From Octopus vulgaris (lineage: Eukaryota), in contig OX597828.1 in the NCBI GenBank assembly GCA_951406725.2, forward strand, positions 72,106,001 to 72,170,000: 64,000 nt of DNA, read 5' to 3'. A program made the position numbers and the translations under genes. Below the pieces are notes generated by a model, which was not told the origin of the DNA, searched no databases, and saw nothing but the letters and a program-made list of their open reading frames with translations. Positions within the stretch are counted from its first letter, which is position 1. Each line of letters begins with the position of its first letter. Shown here one piece after another: positions 39,439-52,427 of the stretch.

Positions 39439-39835
39439 GGCGCAGGAGCATGTGTGTGGTAAGTAGCTTGTTTACCAACCACATGGTTCCGGGTTCAGTC
39501 CCACTGCGTGGCACCTTGGGCAAGTGTCTTCTACTATCGCCCTCGAGCCGACCAAAGCCTTGTGAGTGGATTTGGTAGACGGAAACTGAAAGAAGCCCGT
39601 CGTATATATGTGCGTGTGTGTACTTGTGTGTCTGTGTTTGTCCCCCTAGCATTGCTTGACAACCGATGCTGGTGTGTTTACGTCCCCGTTACTTAGCGGT
39701 TCGGCAAAAGAGACCGATAGAATAAGTACTGGGCTTACAAAAGAATAAGTCCCGGGGTCGAGTTGCTCGATTAAAGGCGGTGCTCCAGCATGGCCGCAGT
39801 CAAATGACTGAAACAAGTAAAAGAGTAAAGAGAGA
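39439..39835 (+). mobile_element. Full-length tRNA-derived CORE-like SINE with central microsatellite (young, CpGs intact)
   Basis: A-box-like TGTGTGGTAAG, B-box GGTTCAGTCCC, CORE-like CCTTGGGCAAGTG, central (TA/TG)n, tail AAACAAGTAAAAGAG. Other copies at about 200-340(-), 6725-7130(-), 8435-8578(-), 18245-18365(-), 33103-33270(+), 41955-42115(-), 54540-54995, 57768-58230(+), 62148-62300(+), 62550-62685(-). Confidence 0.9.
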
Positions 39836-40289
39836 GAGAGTATAGGTTTACATGTGTGTGTGTGTGTGTGGAGGTAGGGTGTGTAGTGTGTGTGTGGAGG
39901 TGGGGGGTGCAGCTGATCTTAGCAGAAAGGTTTCGTATGTTAGAGGAATTCAAAAAACGGTGTGCAGAGTTGTGATGTTTATGCCTGTCCATGTGATGTT
40001 AATGAAGTGGATTTAAGCAAGAATTGAAACTGAGTCAGCTGTAGATCATTTCTCGCACCACAACACATGACACACTTGACAAAAGATGAAACCCAACTGA
40101 ATTCTTCATTTCATTGCAATTTCAAAGTCTGAGAACTTCATTTAAGAATTTAGTTCTGAATTGGTTAAGGAACTACTCTCACTGTTTCTTTTCTTTTTTT
40201 TTTTGTTCTTTGTTTTGTCCCTCCTCCCCTCCACCCCTTCCAGTTCTTTTAAATTTCAAATGTCTGTCATCGATGAGATTCTGTAACAT

Positions 40290-40420
40290 TCATTCCTTTG
40301 CAATACATTTTATGTCCTTCAAGTAGATTCCTTCAGCCGGTTCCACAGAATAACTGAGGAAGATTTTCTCTTCCGTTGTCTCCACCGCCATTTCTGTGAT
40401 TCTCCTTTCATCCCCTTTCA
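40290..40420 (-). CDS. Candidate terminal coding exon of a convergent minus-strand gene
   Basis: Minus-strand acceptor ttccttgttttatatttcag|. Phase-1 frame KGDERRITEMAVETTEEKIFLSYSVEPAEGIYLKDIKCIAKE* in unique purine-rich sequence. Upstream exons not identified. Confidence 0.4.
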
Positions 40421-40859
40421 CTGAAATATAAAACAAGGAACTAAACACCTTCACATTGGTACCATCATGTGGAATTAAGAGAAGAGGGAACTCAGCTTAA
40501 ATTAATTAGAACAGTCACAAATTAATTAGAATGTTAAAAAATTCAAAATAAAAAAAATTAAAGTCTGTTTCAAACCTACAGAACCATTAAATTAGGGTTT
40601 GTTCTGGTTTTTGTCATTTTAGTGGCTGAAAGCACAAGACTCACCCTTTGGGTGTGGCCCCAATCCTTAGCAGAATTAGTCTCGACCCTAACTGGCAAAG
40701 GGAAACTTTAGTCAGCCTTAACTTCTTTCTCACTCCAACCAAACTGTCACCACCGTTGTGCCTATTGGAACATCTGGTCATTCCGTCATTGCAAACAGTT
40801 TGTCACATGTCCAGAGGCTAATGCAATGTCCTTGGCCCAACTAGGATTTTTCTACAGAT

Positions 40860-41270
40860 GTGCAAACTAGAAAGTGATAAGAATGGAAGGAAAAACAATG
40901 GACAGCTTCCAATTAAGGAAGCTTAAGGAGAATTCTTGGCACCAAGTGGTTGCAAAGAATTCGAAATTACACTTTTGAAACAAAAACAGGCATCAAGAGG
41001 ATCAGTGATGAAATAAGATGCGGATATTGGAACTGTATCGGATACATCCTAAGGAAAAGATCAAGAAAGCGATTGTATGGTGGCACTAGTGACAGCCTGA
41101 GGGGCAAAGAGCAGCAGGGGCACCACAGAACCAAATGGTGAAGGAGCAGTGACAAGGAAAGGAGATGAGGAAGGTGGAGAAGCTGGAATGAGACGAGAAC
41201 AGTGAGATGGAACAGGGATGCTTGGAGAGAGTCATGCTGCAACCTTGATTGTGCCTCAAGCCATGGACAG
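40860..41270 (+). mobile_element. Old RTE LINE 3' fragment
   Basis: RRILGTKWLQRIRN..ISDEIR..WNCIGYILRK pattern of the RTE ORF C-terminus. Confidence 0.55.
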
Positions 41271-41504
41271 AGCCAAACGATGCAATGTGCCCAACCCTCA
41301 TTCCCCAGCCTGACCGATCAGAACCTCCCTTCCTACTACACTTCCATGCTAATTGTCCTTGGGAGCAAATGTGCATTACCCACCAGTTTGTCAGAAACAG
41401 GCGGAAAGCTGAATGAAACCACCTTCTTAGGCAAGTTCCTCTATATGCCTACATAGAGTGAAAACTCACCACACAAGAGCCCCTCAAGTGGCTCCACTTA
41501 TAGC

Positions 41505-41539
<35 letters not shown>

Positions 41540-41734
41540 CATGGGTTGGACGGTTTGACAGGAACTGGCAGAGCAGATGATAGAGCTAGGCCCTACTCTC
41601 ATTTAAGGCATGGTCTGTATGGCTAGATGCCCTGAGTGTTGTGGGGTCTTTTTTTGATGTGGCAAGTAACTTACAAAACAAAACGTCCACCATCTGAGTC
41701 GGGGGGGGGAGGTGGCGTAGATGCCTGATGGAGG

Positions 41735-41950
41735 GGATTCGCTTGGTTGCACATCTCTGAGCAGTTTCCAGAAGAAAGTCAATGTTCTGAGCAAGTTAGG
41801 GGTTCCAGACTGGTGATGCAAATTCCAAGTGTGGCTGCACCATAGCGATATACAGCCTTAAATAGATAGCTGGAGAGAGGCTGACAAAGGTCTTGCTGAG
41901 TGATGCCAAGACACCCTGGGTCTTCTTCACAATTTTAGAGATGTATGTCA
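41735..41950 (-). mobile_element. CR1-like LINE C-terminal fragment
   Basis: IVKKTQGVL..KTF..IYLRLYIAMVQPHLEFASPVWNP..LETAQRCATKRIP. Confidence 0.75.
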
Positions 41951-42463
41951 AATATGACAGGCTTCTTTCAGTTTCCATCTACCAAAACCACTCACAAAGC
42001 TTTGGTTGGCCTAAAGCTATAGTAGAAGACACTTGCCTAAGGTGCCACATAATGGGACTGAACCCGGAACCATGTGGTTGGGAAGCAAGCTTCTTACAAC
42101 ACTGCCATGCCTGCACTTATATATAATGCAGTATATATATATGTATAAATATTACAATATATATGTGTATATATAAATATGTAAATTGCCTGCCGACAGC
42201 TTTTATTGTGAAGAGATGTAATATGAGTGATTATAGTGGCTTTATAGCAGTTTTGACTGCTATTTCTAGACATGCAAGGGTTTTTATAACCCTCTCCATT
42301 ATTATAAAATTGTGATTTATTCACAATTATACATTCTTCTTCAATGAAAAAATTTCTTGGATTGCATGTTCTGGCCATTGAAATATGCGTCAATAATTTT
42401 GAATTGTTTACGATATATCCTTCGTAATATAGTTTTACATTCCTCTTTTATATATATATTTGT

Positions 42464-42495
<32 letters not shown>

Positions 42496-42562
42496 ACAAA
42501 TTAAAAAGTATGGCTTATTAGCAATTAGAACCTAAACTTTTATGACCTCTATTAATAAATAA

Positions 42563-42606
<44 letters not shown>

Positions 42607-42608
<2 letters not shown>

Positions 42609-43932
42609 TCATCATCATCGTTTAACGATGAATATATATATCATCATCATCATCATCATCGTTTAACGTCCGCTTTCCGCGCTAGCACGGGTTGGACGGT
42701 TTGACCGGGTCTGGGAAGCCAGGGGCCGCACCAGGCTCCAGTCTGAATCTGGCAGAGTTTCTACGGCTGGATGCCCTTCCTAACGCCAACCACTCCGTGA
42801 GTGGATTGGGTGCTTTTTACGTGCCACCTGCACAGGGGCCGGAGGGTCCGGCATCGTCACGATCGGTTCGAGCATTTTAACGTGTCAGCGGCACGGGGGC
42901 AACGAGGTCCGGGGTACTTTGGGGATCCAGGGTACTTTGGGGATCTGGGGTACTTAGAATGAGTAGGGGGTATGTGGAATTGCTGCAGAAGGCAGCCCAG
43001 GTCTTTGTAGTCACAGCATTTATCGTCACTGAGTAAGGAAGGGTTGGTGTAGGTTCCTAAGAAATAAAGACATTCGTTATCGTCACTGAGTAACGTTATT
43101 AGGTAGAGGAAAGAATACAGATATTCTAGAGTTGAGTTGGGGAGGGGGGTCCAGTTGAGGTGGGTAATATAGGGGAGCAACCAGTGGGGAAGGTTGGGGT
43201 AAGGAGGAACGATGGCAGGAAGGGTTGGTGTAGGTTCCTAAGAAATAAAAACGTAGGATATTACGAGGCGGGAGGGTGCTAAAGGGGGATAGTCGGAATG
43301 AAGCAGTGTCCGGAGGAAGCGTAAGATCGGTGGGCAGTTGATGAGCTATGGCGCTAGCAGCTTGTCTTTTCACAGTGAAAGCATATGAGGAGAAGGGGTA
43401 GTGGGGGGAGGAGGAGGGAGTAGGGCTTACCCGGTGTAGATGAGTAAGGCGTATCCGGTGTAGATGGTGAGGACAGGGTATACTGGTATTGGTGGTGGGG
43501 GGTGAGGAACAGTGTTCACCAGTATTGGTGGTGTTGGCGGTGAGAACAGTGTTCACCGGTATTGGTGGTGGGGGTGAGAACAGTGTTCATCGGTATTGGT
43601 GGTGGGGGTGGGGGGCGGGCGCACCGCCAATGGCTGAAAGATGGCTGAAAGATGGGAAGAGATGGGATTACGGCTTGAGGTAGCCTCGCTTAAGGTTAAA
43701 TTTTGTAGAGAGAGAGATAGAAAGATAAATCAAGTTATGGCGAAGGCTTGAAAGTAGCCTTAAAAGGTTAAATTTTCGTAACAATGTATGAATAAACGTA
43801 GTAACAACGAATGGAAATATTAAGATAAATTTTTAAAGAACTTGCTGCGGACATCGATCGGGAGTTGAAATTTAAGAAGTAAGTTAGTTGAATTGGGAAT
43901 TTAAATTGTAGAATCGTAATGGTAAGAGGAGG

Positions 43933-43969
<37 letters not shown>

Positions 43970-44433
43970 CCGCCAAGGCTGAAAGATGGCTGAAAGATGG
44001 GAAGAGATGGGATTACGGCTTGAGGTAGCCTCGCCTAAGGTTAAATTTTGTAGAGAGAGAGATAGAAAGATAAATCAAGTTATGGCGAAGGCTTGAAAGT
44101 AGCCTTAAAAGGTTAAATTTTCGTAACAATGTATGAATAAACGTAGTAACAACGAATGGAAATATTAAGATAAATTTTTAAAGAACTTGCTGCGGACATC
44201 GATCGGGAGTTGAAATTTAAGAAGTAAGTTAGTTGAATTGGGAATTTAAATTGTAGAATCGTAATGGTAAGAGGAGGAAAAAAAGACCGCCAAGGCTGAA
44301 AGATGGCTGAAAGATGGGAAGAGATGGGAAGAGATGGGATTACGGCTTGAGGTAGCCTCGCCTAAGGTTAAATTTTGTAGAGAGAGAGATAGAAAGATAA
44401 ATCAAGTTATGGCGAAGGCTTGAAAGTAGCCTT
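42607..44433 (-). mobile_element. Long, young copy of the (GAT)n-tailed retroposon with extended body and tandem 5' monomers
   Basis: Tail and conserved block at 42607-42880 with intact CpGs, continuous GC-rich body to about 43620, then ~310-bp tandem units. Bounded by (TA)n on both sides. Confidence 0.55.
43623..44433. repeat. Tandem repeat, ~310-bp unit, about 2.5 near-identical copies separated by A35 and A7 runs
   Basis: Units start ACCGCCAA(T)GGCTGAAAGATGG at about 43623, 43969 and 44286. Confidence 0.95.
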
Positions 44434-47400
44434 ATATATATATATATATATATATATACATACACATACACACATATATTACATATATTATCTATATATA
44501 GAAGTAAAAATATGGACCTGCTGACTTCAGTTGATGCTGTGTTCAGAACGTAAGAGAGAGAGAGAGAGGAGAGAGAAAGGGAGAGAAAGGAGAGACATAA
44601 AGTGAGAAGGGAGGAGGGAGAGAGAGAGAGAGTGAGAGAGTGAGAGAGAGAGGCAGTGAAATAGATAGAGTAAGACTATTAGACTTTCCCAGCTGATTGG
44701 TCTCATGATGTGGTGTCCCCTGAGATGCTTTCTGACTTCACAAATTCCCCAACTTGTCGCCTCTCAGCGCCAACTCCACCCTCCACATTTACTTTAGATA
44801 TCTGTAAACTCTTCTCTAAAGTGGCATCCCCTTTACCAAACTTGGACTCTCCTTAGAACTTCCATGCACTTCCACTTGGAATAATCCTGCAAATTCTTGC
44901 ATGTCTATACTCATCTCATACATATCTGGGCAGATTTCGGCAGGTTTATTTACCAACTTTGTGCTGATTCAGGCAGTAAATCAGGTTAATTTATGCCAGG
45001 ACGAGTCCATTGTCGAGGAGAGGAGGGGGAAACCCCCAACAACTTGACACACCCTTATTATCTTAAAAGTAAACTGGCCCCTTTACACCTTTCCTTTTCC
45101 AGTTGACATGTTGTGATCCCACCCCCTTTTTTTTATCTTCTTGCGAATCAGGTCACGGCTGCTGATAAACAGAACTCCACCGACTCCTCCCTAAAAATCA
45201 ATAATATATGATCCTCGCTTTCCAATAGCAGAATAGTAGGTCAATACAGCTGAGCGGTGGGGGAGGGTGGTGGTGGTGGTGGTGGTGGTGGTGAGGGAGA
45301 AAGAGAGAAAGGGAGATGGAGAAAGGGGTGGAGGTGAGTAAGCTGTTGTGTTATTAAGCTCCTTGTTCATCTGGACCGAATGCAACAGATGACTGCAGTA
45401 AGTAGGGCGGGCGAAAGAGTGCAGCAGCACTGCACGCGCATGTCTTGACCCGTTTCCTCAATGGTGCTACATAATTAACCCAGATTAACGACACACCCAT
45501 CTTTGATAATGAGCCAGATACAAACGATGACTGTTCCATTCTCTGCGAAGGAATGGTCAATTTCAAAAATTTCAAAACTTTTAGCAATAATTCTCGGCAA
45601 ATCACAAATAAAATTAAGCAAAACAACAAAAAAAAAGAGCAAAACAACAAAAAAAAAGAGCAAAAAAACTATAAAATAAATCAATAAAATTTTCATTTAG
45701 TTTTAATATTTTCCTTGCTAATCTCCTGTCACCAAGGTTATGAGAGATTAACCCTCCAAATGGCGCCATAAAAAATGGTATAATGGAGCAGCGAGATAAT
45801 AAAGAGGCTTTTATGTGGTGGACTGACTTGCTAGAAATAGTAGCTGAATTGCTTTCAAATCACTTTGTGCTGCCTTTAATGAGGAAAAAACACATTAGAG
45901 AATGTAGTGTTACCAGTAACATATGCTTAAAATTGATAGGATGGTCATGGTTGGAAAACCTTTGATTATGAGTCCACTCAATCAGGGTTGCTCTGGTTAT
46001 AAGCACCATCATCAATAACATCAACGTTCATAACAACAAGAACATCAACAACAACAAAAATAACAATTCTGTAAAGCACAATCAGGGCTCAGTCTGTTTG
46101 CTATCCCAGCATTCCATTTTCAATAAAACAAAGTGAATTAGGGGCCACTAAAGAGTGAACAACTGCTTACTATCACGTGATAGTGAAGTCATATGGCTTA
46201 ATGGTTAGGGTGTTCAGTTCATGATTCTAAGGTCATGAGTTCAATTCCCAGTGGTGTCCTTGAGCAAGACACTTTATTTCACACATTGCTCCAGTCCACT
46301 CACCTGGCAAAAGTGAGTTGTGTCTGTAATTCAAAAGGGTCATCCATGTCACACTCTGAGTCACACTGAATCTCCCCGAGAATGACATTAAGGTCTGTGG
46401 AGTACTCAGCCACTTGCACATTAATATCACGAGCAGGCTGTTCCGCTGACCAGACCAAACGGGACTCTTGTCGTACCCGACAAAAGGATAATATCACCAG
46501 TCCGTACGGTCCTTTGTTATCTCCTCCATGAAATGCTGCCTCTTCAGGTCACCCTTGAACATCAAGTCTTCCCAGGTCCCCTCTTCTACAGGATCCACTG
46601 ATTCAGAGTGCTCAACACTTCCTCGTCCACCGTATACACCATCTGCCCATACCAACACAATCTTCTTTCCTGCACATCACAGAAAAGAAGGTTGCACTCA
46701 TCCCCCTCCCCTGTCCTTCCCCTGGTGTTCATCTATTGAAGTCTCCCAACCTTCATTGCTTTCCAAATCTTTCCAAGTCTTCTGCATTCAAAGCATATGC
46801 CTTGCATCCATGCAACATTATTGTTCCAACACAAACATCATACAATCTGTCCTTCAATTTGAAAGGGAGGGAAAAAAAACCCTTTGTTGCAAGCAGTGGT
46901 AATAGTGTCTGGGAACTTTTCCCAGTCCTTTCTTACACTGGCTACTACACGTTCGGAGCAATCACCTCTAAGCACCTGTGCCGGTGCCATGCAAAGAGCA
47001 CCCATGCTGGTGCCAGGTAAAAATCACCTGTGCTGGTGCCACACAAAAAGTACCTTGTAAAGTGGTTGGCATTAGGAAGGGCATCCAGCTGTAGGGATCA
47101 TGCCAAAACAGACATGGTGCCAGGTGCAACCCTCTGGCTTGCCAGCTCCTGTCAAACCGTCCAACCCATGCCAGCATGGAAAGCAGATGTTAAATGATGT
47201 TAACGATGATGATGATAATGAGGTCAAGGAAACTATCACATTATGTGTAGAGAGGGATCCAGGCATTCCAGAGAATCTATTTTTGGTGTGTTCATTGTAT
47301 TTACTGCTCCAGCATGTCCGTCACTTACAAAGCTTACCTTCTCTGTTAGTCTACCTGTGATTCCACTACATCTCCTGTGTGTCCATGGCTTGTACTAGAC

Positions 47401-49142
47401 AAATATATTTCTTAAGGGTTTGGTCAGGAGGTTAACAGTCTGTACTCGGGGGTCCTTCAAAAGCCACCAAAGACCAGAACAAAAGAAAGATTCAGATTTG
47501 AGGGTTTAAAGATGTGAAAACCTGGCTGACCTTTTGATGAAATGATCTGGAAATTCAGTTTCTGGAATATCGGAAGGAGATGTTTGGAGTCTTTGCACGA
47601 AATTATCAGTTGTGACTGGGTTTCGTCGAATGTCTTGGAGGAACTGGAAAATCAGAAAAGATTTGATTGAGATTAATTCAAGACTGAAATATGCAGAGAA
47701 TTATCAATGATGTAGAAATGGTTTTACAAGAGAGAAGATGTCATTTAACATAGAAAGAAATCGGAATTGGTACACTGGGATGAGGGGTGGGGTGGGGGAG
47801 TGGCGTATAAGTTTATTCATGTTCTTCCACCTGGCACTCTGGTGCCATATGTTTAAAAAATCATCTTTTTGCCTTCCATCCTTTCAGAATCAGTAAAAGA
47901 AAGTACCTGTCAGGTAGTGTTACTTTATTTCTTTGATGGTATGATGGTATTGGTCACTCCCTCTTCCTCAAAACTTGCTGGTCTTATGTCTAAACTAGGA
48001 AAACTAATCACTTAGTTTTCTGATTGCAGTCCTCCCCTGAAATCCGGCTTTGTGCAGCTCCTGGTGAACAGTTTTTGTGGGTGGGTGGGTAGGGACGGTC
48101 CACCCCGGGCGCCACTTTCAAAGGGGTCTGTTGTAGGCAATATATGTTTCTGTGGGGGTCTGGGGGTGGCAAACAGAACGACCGCCCCAGGTGGCACACA
48201 CACTAGCTATTCTAGCAGAATTAATTACCATGGTAACTGTGACATTCATTAATGTACTGTAAATTAACGAACCAAGAGGGAGATTTCAAATCAATTAGGG
48301 GCACCTTAAGTCACTGATTTTAAAATTGTAGGGGTGCAAAGTTTTGATAATTTCTAATTCAAAACTTGCACAATTTATACTAATTAACGAATATCTTGAG
48401 AAACATGTCATTTATAATTTCTGTAGCACAAAAAAATAATTAATACCACAAAGTAGACACACATTTTTGGGTATTTCTTTTGTTCCTGACTATTAATCTA
48501 TGAAACAGTTTAAAAAGCAAAAACTGTACACAGACCTAGCTACAGGTGCAAATACAGGTGTGTAGTTAAGATGTTCGTTTACCAACTGCATGGTTTCAAG
48601 TTCAGTTCCAATGCATGAAACCTTAGGCAAGTGTTTTCCACTACAGTCTTGGGCCAAGAAAAACCATGTGTGTGTGTGTGGCTGTGTGGTAAGAAGCTTG
48701 CTTACCAACCACATGGTTCCAGGTTCAGTCCCACTATGTGGAATTTTGGGCAAGTGTTTTCTACTATAGCTTTGGGCCAACCAAAGCCTTGTGAGTAGAT
48801 TTGGTACATGGAAACTGCAAAGAAGCCTATCGTATATATATATATTTATATTTGTGTAACATTGTCTGTTTTTTCTGTCCTTGTTTTCGTATACATTCGA
48901 TGCTTTCTTCCAAGGAATCTAATGCTCTTAGATTAGTTTTTCCTTGGGGCTGGCCAGATTGGAGCAATCTCAAGATTAATCAGCCAAAATTGCGAGGATG
49001 ATCTGGTTCTTGATTGGGGATAGAAAGCTTCGAATGACCCATCCTTGTTTTCTTTGTATCCTCTATCTGGGTGTTTTGTTGTCCCTTTTTGTATCACCTA
49101 ATTGTATTGTCCAGATGTTTTGCATTCTTGTCCCATTTTGTG

Positions 49143-49199
<57 letters not shown>

Positions 49200-49203
<4 letters not shown>

Positions 49204-50283
49204 TTCATTAGAATGACAGATCTATTGGACTTTCAAAGAGGTCAAATTGTTGGTGCTCGTAAGGTAGGTGCTAGCATATTGAAAACAGCCAAAATATTTG
49301 GTGTATCAAGAAGTACTGTCTTGAAAGTAATGACAGCCTTTGAGAAAGAGGGAAACACCTCCTCATTGAAACAGAACTCTGGAAGAAAACCAAAACTTTC
49401 AGAAAGGGACCATCAGACTCTTATGCGAATTGTTAGAAAGGATCACAAAAGTACAGTTCCCAAAATTACTGCAGAGCTTAATGACCACCTCGAGAAGCCA
49501 GTTTCCACAAAAACTGTTCACTAAAGCCGGATTTTACAGGTGGGCTGCAATCAGAAAACCACCACTTTCAAAAACAAACGTTGCAAAGTATTTAGAGTGG
49601 AATAAAAACCTACAGAACTGGTCCCTAGAGCAGTGGAAGAATGTTATTTTCTCAGACGAGTCATCCTTTACTTTATTTCCAACCACCAGACGAGTATACG
49701 TGTGGAGACAGCCAAAAGAAGCATTTGACCCAGACTGCCTTCTTCCAACTGTTAAACATGGAGGGGGATCTGTGATGATCTGAGGGGCTATATCTTGGAA
49801 ATCCGCCAGTCCAGTGGTTTCCCTTCATGGCAGAATTAATAGTCAAGACTATTTAAACATTTTGTCTGATCAAATTCATCCTATGGTTGCACAACTGTTT
49901 CCGGAGGGAAACACCATCTTTCAGGATGATAATGCACCAATTCACACAGCTAAAGTTGTTAATGAATGGCACGAGGAACATTCTATCAAAGTTGAACACC
50001 TTATCTGGCCACCACAGTCCCCAGATCTCAATATTATTGAACATTTATGGTGCATTTTAGAAAAACAAGTTAAGGAGTCGATATCCTTCACTATCATCAC
50101 CACAACAATTGGAGACTGTTTTAGCTGTAAATGGACAAAAATTCCTTTGGAAACAATTCAAACTTTGTATGAGTCCATACCTCATAGAATTCAAGCTGTA
50201 ATCACTGCCAAAGGCGATCCTACTCCATATTAAAATAAATTTGTTTGAAATTTTAAGGTGTTTCCATTGTTCTGTCCAACCCC
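49200..50283 (+). pseudogene. Tc1-family (DD34E) transposase pseudogene; right terminal repeat present, left end lost
   Basis: HTH region RGQIVG..FGVSRSTV..SGRKPKLS, catalytic FSDES, FQDDNAPIH, WPPQSPDLNIIEHLW. Frameshift near 49520, TGA at 49781-49783. Ends ..TGTCCAACCCC before (TA)n. Confidence 0.92.
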
Positions 50284-51215
50284 TATATATATATATGTAT
50301 ATGTATATGTATATATTTACGTGTGTGTGTGTTTGTGTCTGTCCCCATCACTTGAGAACCGATGTTGGTGTATTTATGTCCCCTGTAACTTAGTGGTCCA
50401 GCACAAGAGACCGATAGACTAAGCACTAAGCTTACAAAGAATAAGTAAAAGAACGTGTTTGAATGCATATATGCATGTATGCACACATGCATGTGTATAT
50501 GTATGTCTTGACATCGTGTGATGGTTGCAAACGAACATCACCGTCATACAAGTGGTGTCGTTTCTTTCCCATCTTCCCTGAAAACACGTTTGGCCATGGA
50601 AAAATATATTACGTTGCTTGGAAACAGGTAAATGTTAATGGCAGGAGGCCAATTTGGACAACTGGTATGTAGCGGTTACCTTTCAAAAGCCCATAAAAAA
50701 ACTATAAAGGGAGGCTACTCTTGACTCTAAGAGTTACGTACCTTAGTGCTTAAAAAATCGCTTATATATTTGAGAACAGGGAATCAAACACAGGGCTCCC
50801 TCGAGCAATAGAAGTCATAATTTCAGGGAGTATTGATTGCTATTTCTAGCAGTTCGAGTGACCATGCAAAGGTTCCTTTCATAACACGTGATCCTTTTAA
50901 TCGATAATGACAATGGGTTCTGATTTGTTGCGCAAGGACTTTGAGGGGGAGAGGAGGAGGAAGTGGTCAGCAACAACAACAACAACAACAATTCTGTCTG
51001 CCAAAGGCACGGCGCGTGGAATTTTGGTGGGAAGCAGTGGTTCAATTCCCTTGACCCCTTTGCACAACTGTTGCTCATGTTATTGACCATGGAAAGATGA
51101 TAGGCTAGGTTGACCCCCAGCAGCATTTGAACTCTGAACAGAGAGAACCAGAATATACACTGATAAGCATTTTGTCCAACGCTTTAACCATTCTGCTAGC
51201 TTCTCAAACAACAAC

Positions 51216-51253
<38 letters not shown>

Positions 51254-51289
51254 TAATACCAATAATAATAATAATAATAATAAATAAAT

Positions 51290-51865
51290 GCCCTGATGCA
51301 GTACCAGGCAGTGGCTCTCATGGCTTCTGATCTTAACTGATTGGAAGTGTTATCATGTACATTGTTTTGTCTTGGTATAAAAGATGGGCTACAGTAAATA
51401 TTCTGCTCAATGCCAACAGATTTGCTTGTCAGTTGTTTGACCGTAACCAGTTGAACATGTCCCTTGGTGGCTGACGATAAGTGCATCTCTGATCACGAGC
51501 AGAAGTAGTGGGGGAGCATCATAGCCATGTGTTGAGAGGAATTCTTTGGGGTTTGAATAGTTCACCTCTGGAAACATGGGTGGTTCTTTCAATATCTCTA
51601 AACAAACCTTATTGAGGGACCTTTTGAGCGGGATGGATTACTGGACCAGAAGAAAATTCTCACTGGGCCCCACCTGCAAGGTCATTCACTGTTTATCTTG
51701 ATATGAGATTACTATGTCGCACACGTGGTTGTGATGCATGTGCCTGGGGTACCCTTATCAGACGGGTAGTCATGATGGGTATAGTGGGCTTTGTATATTT
51801 TACCCCAGTGTCACTTTGATGGCATGAACTGCTCTCTCACTCAATAATAATAATAATAATAATAA
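51290..51865 (+). mobile_element. ~560-bp retroposon 3' segment with (AAT)n tail, inserted in an (AAT)n tract
   Basis: Higher-complexity block bounded by (AAT)n at 51215-51285 and 51843-51870. Family assignment uncertain. Confidence 0.55.
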
Positions 51866-52427
51866 ATAATAATATTTTTTTGTATTCTTAGTCACAGAAA
51901 AAAAAAAAATTCTTGTAAAGCAGTGGGATTAATAAAACTGACACGTCTTATAGGGAGAATTTCTCAGTGAATTGTAATCAACATTACCTAGGGACGCCAT
52001 TCTAAAGAATCACAACAGTTAAACTAGTGTTAACATACATTAAGCACAAGGAAAGTTTAAGCTTCACTGAAGAGGTCTAACAAGATTGGAACAAGTCCAT
52101 ATTTACCTCGGTGATTACCAAAGACCAGATACATTTAATATCGACACTTGAGTGAATTGGTTTTCAATCCTGTTATTTGCATATTATTAATTAAAATTTT
52201 AACTGATTAAAATTTTGTCACAGAGTTGTCTCCCCTTTGCCTTTGTGCGATTTAATTAATATTCATCACTAAATTTTAATTTCTGTCTCTTCCACATTAA
52301 AAATCTCATCATAATTAATTGAGGAATATATTTTTTCTCTTTAAATTAAACATATTAATACTCATTAAGATTATATTTTAATTATAAAAGGATTGGATTA
52401 GAAAAAACAAAAAAATTATCTAAATAA

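Noticed and set aside
39439-39520. tRNA genes at SINE heads
   Set aside because: A/B boxes are present but no complete cloverleaf; they continue into SINE bodies.
43083-43556. Pro-rich 157-aa ORF as LINE ORF1
   Set aside because: No recognisable ORF1 domain; the composition follows from C-rich mini-repeats.
52067-52100. Fifth hammerhead (CTGAAGA-GGTC..GATT-GGAAC..GTC)
   Set aside because: GAAA is altered and stem I does not pair; too degenerate to support.
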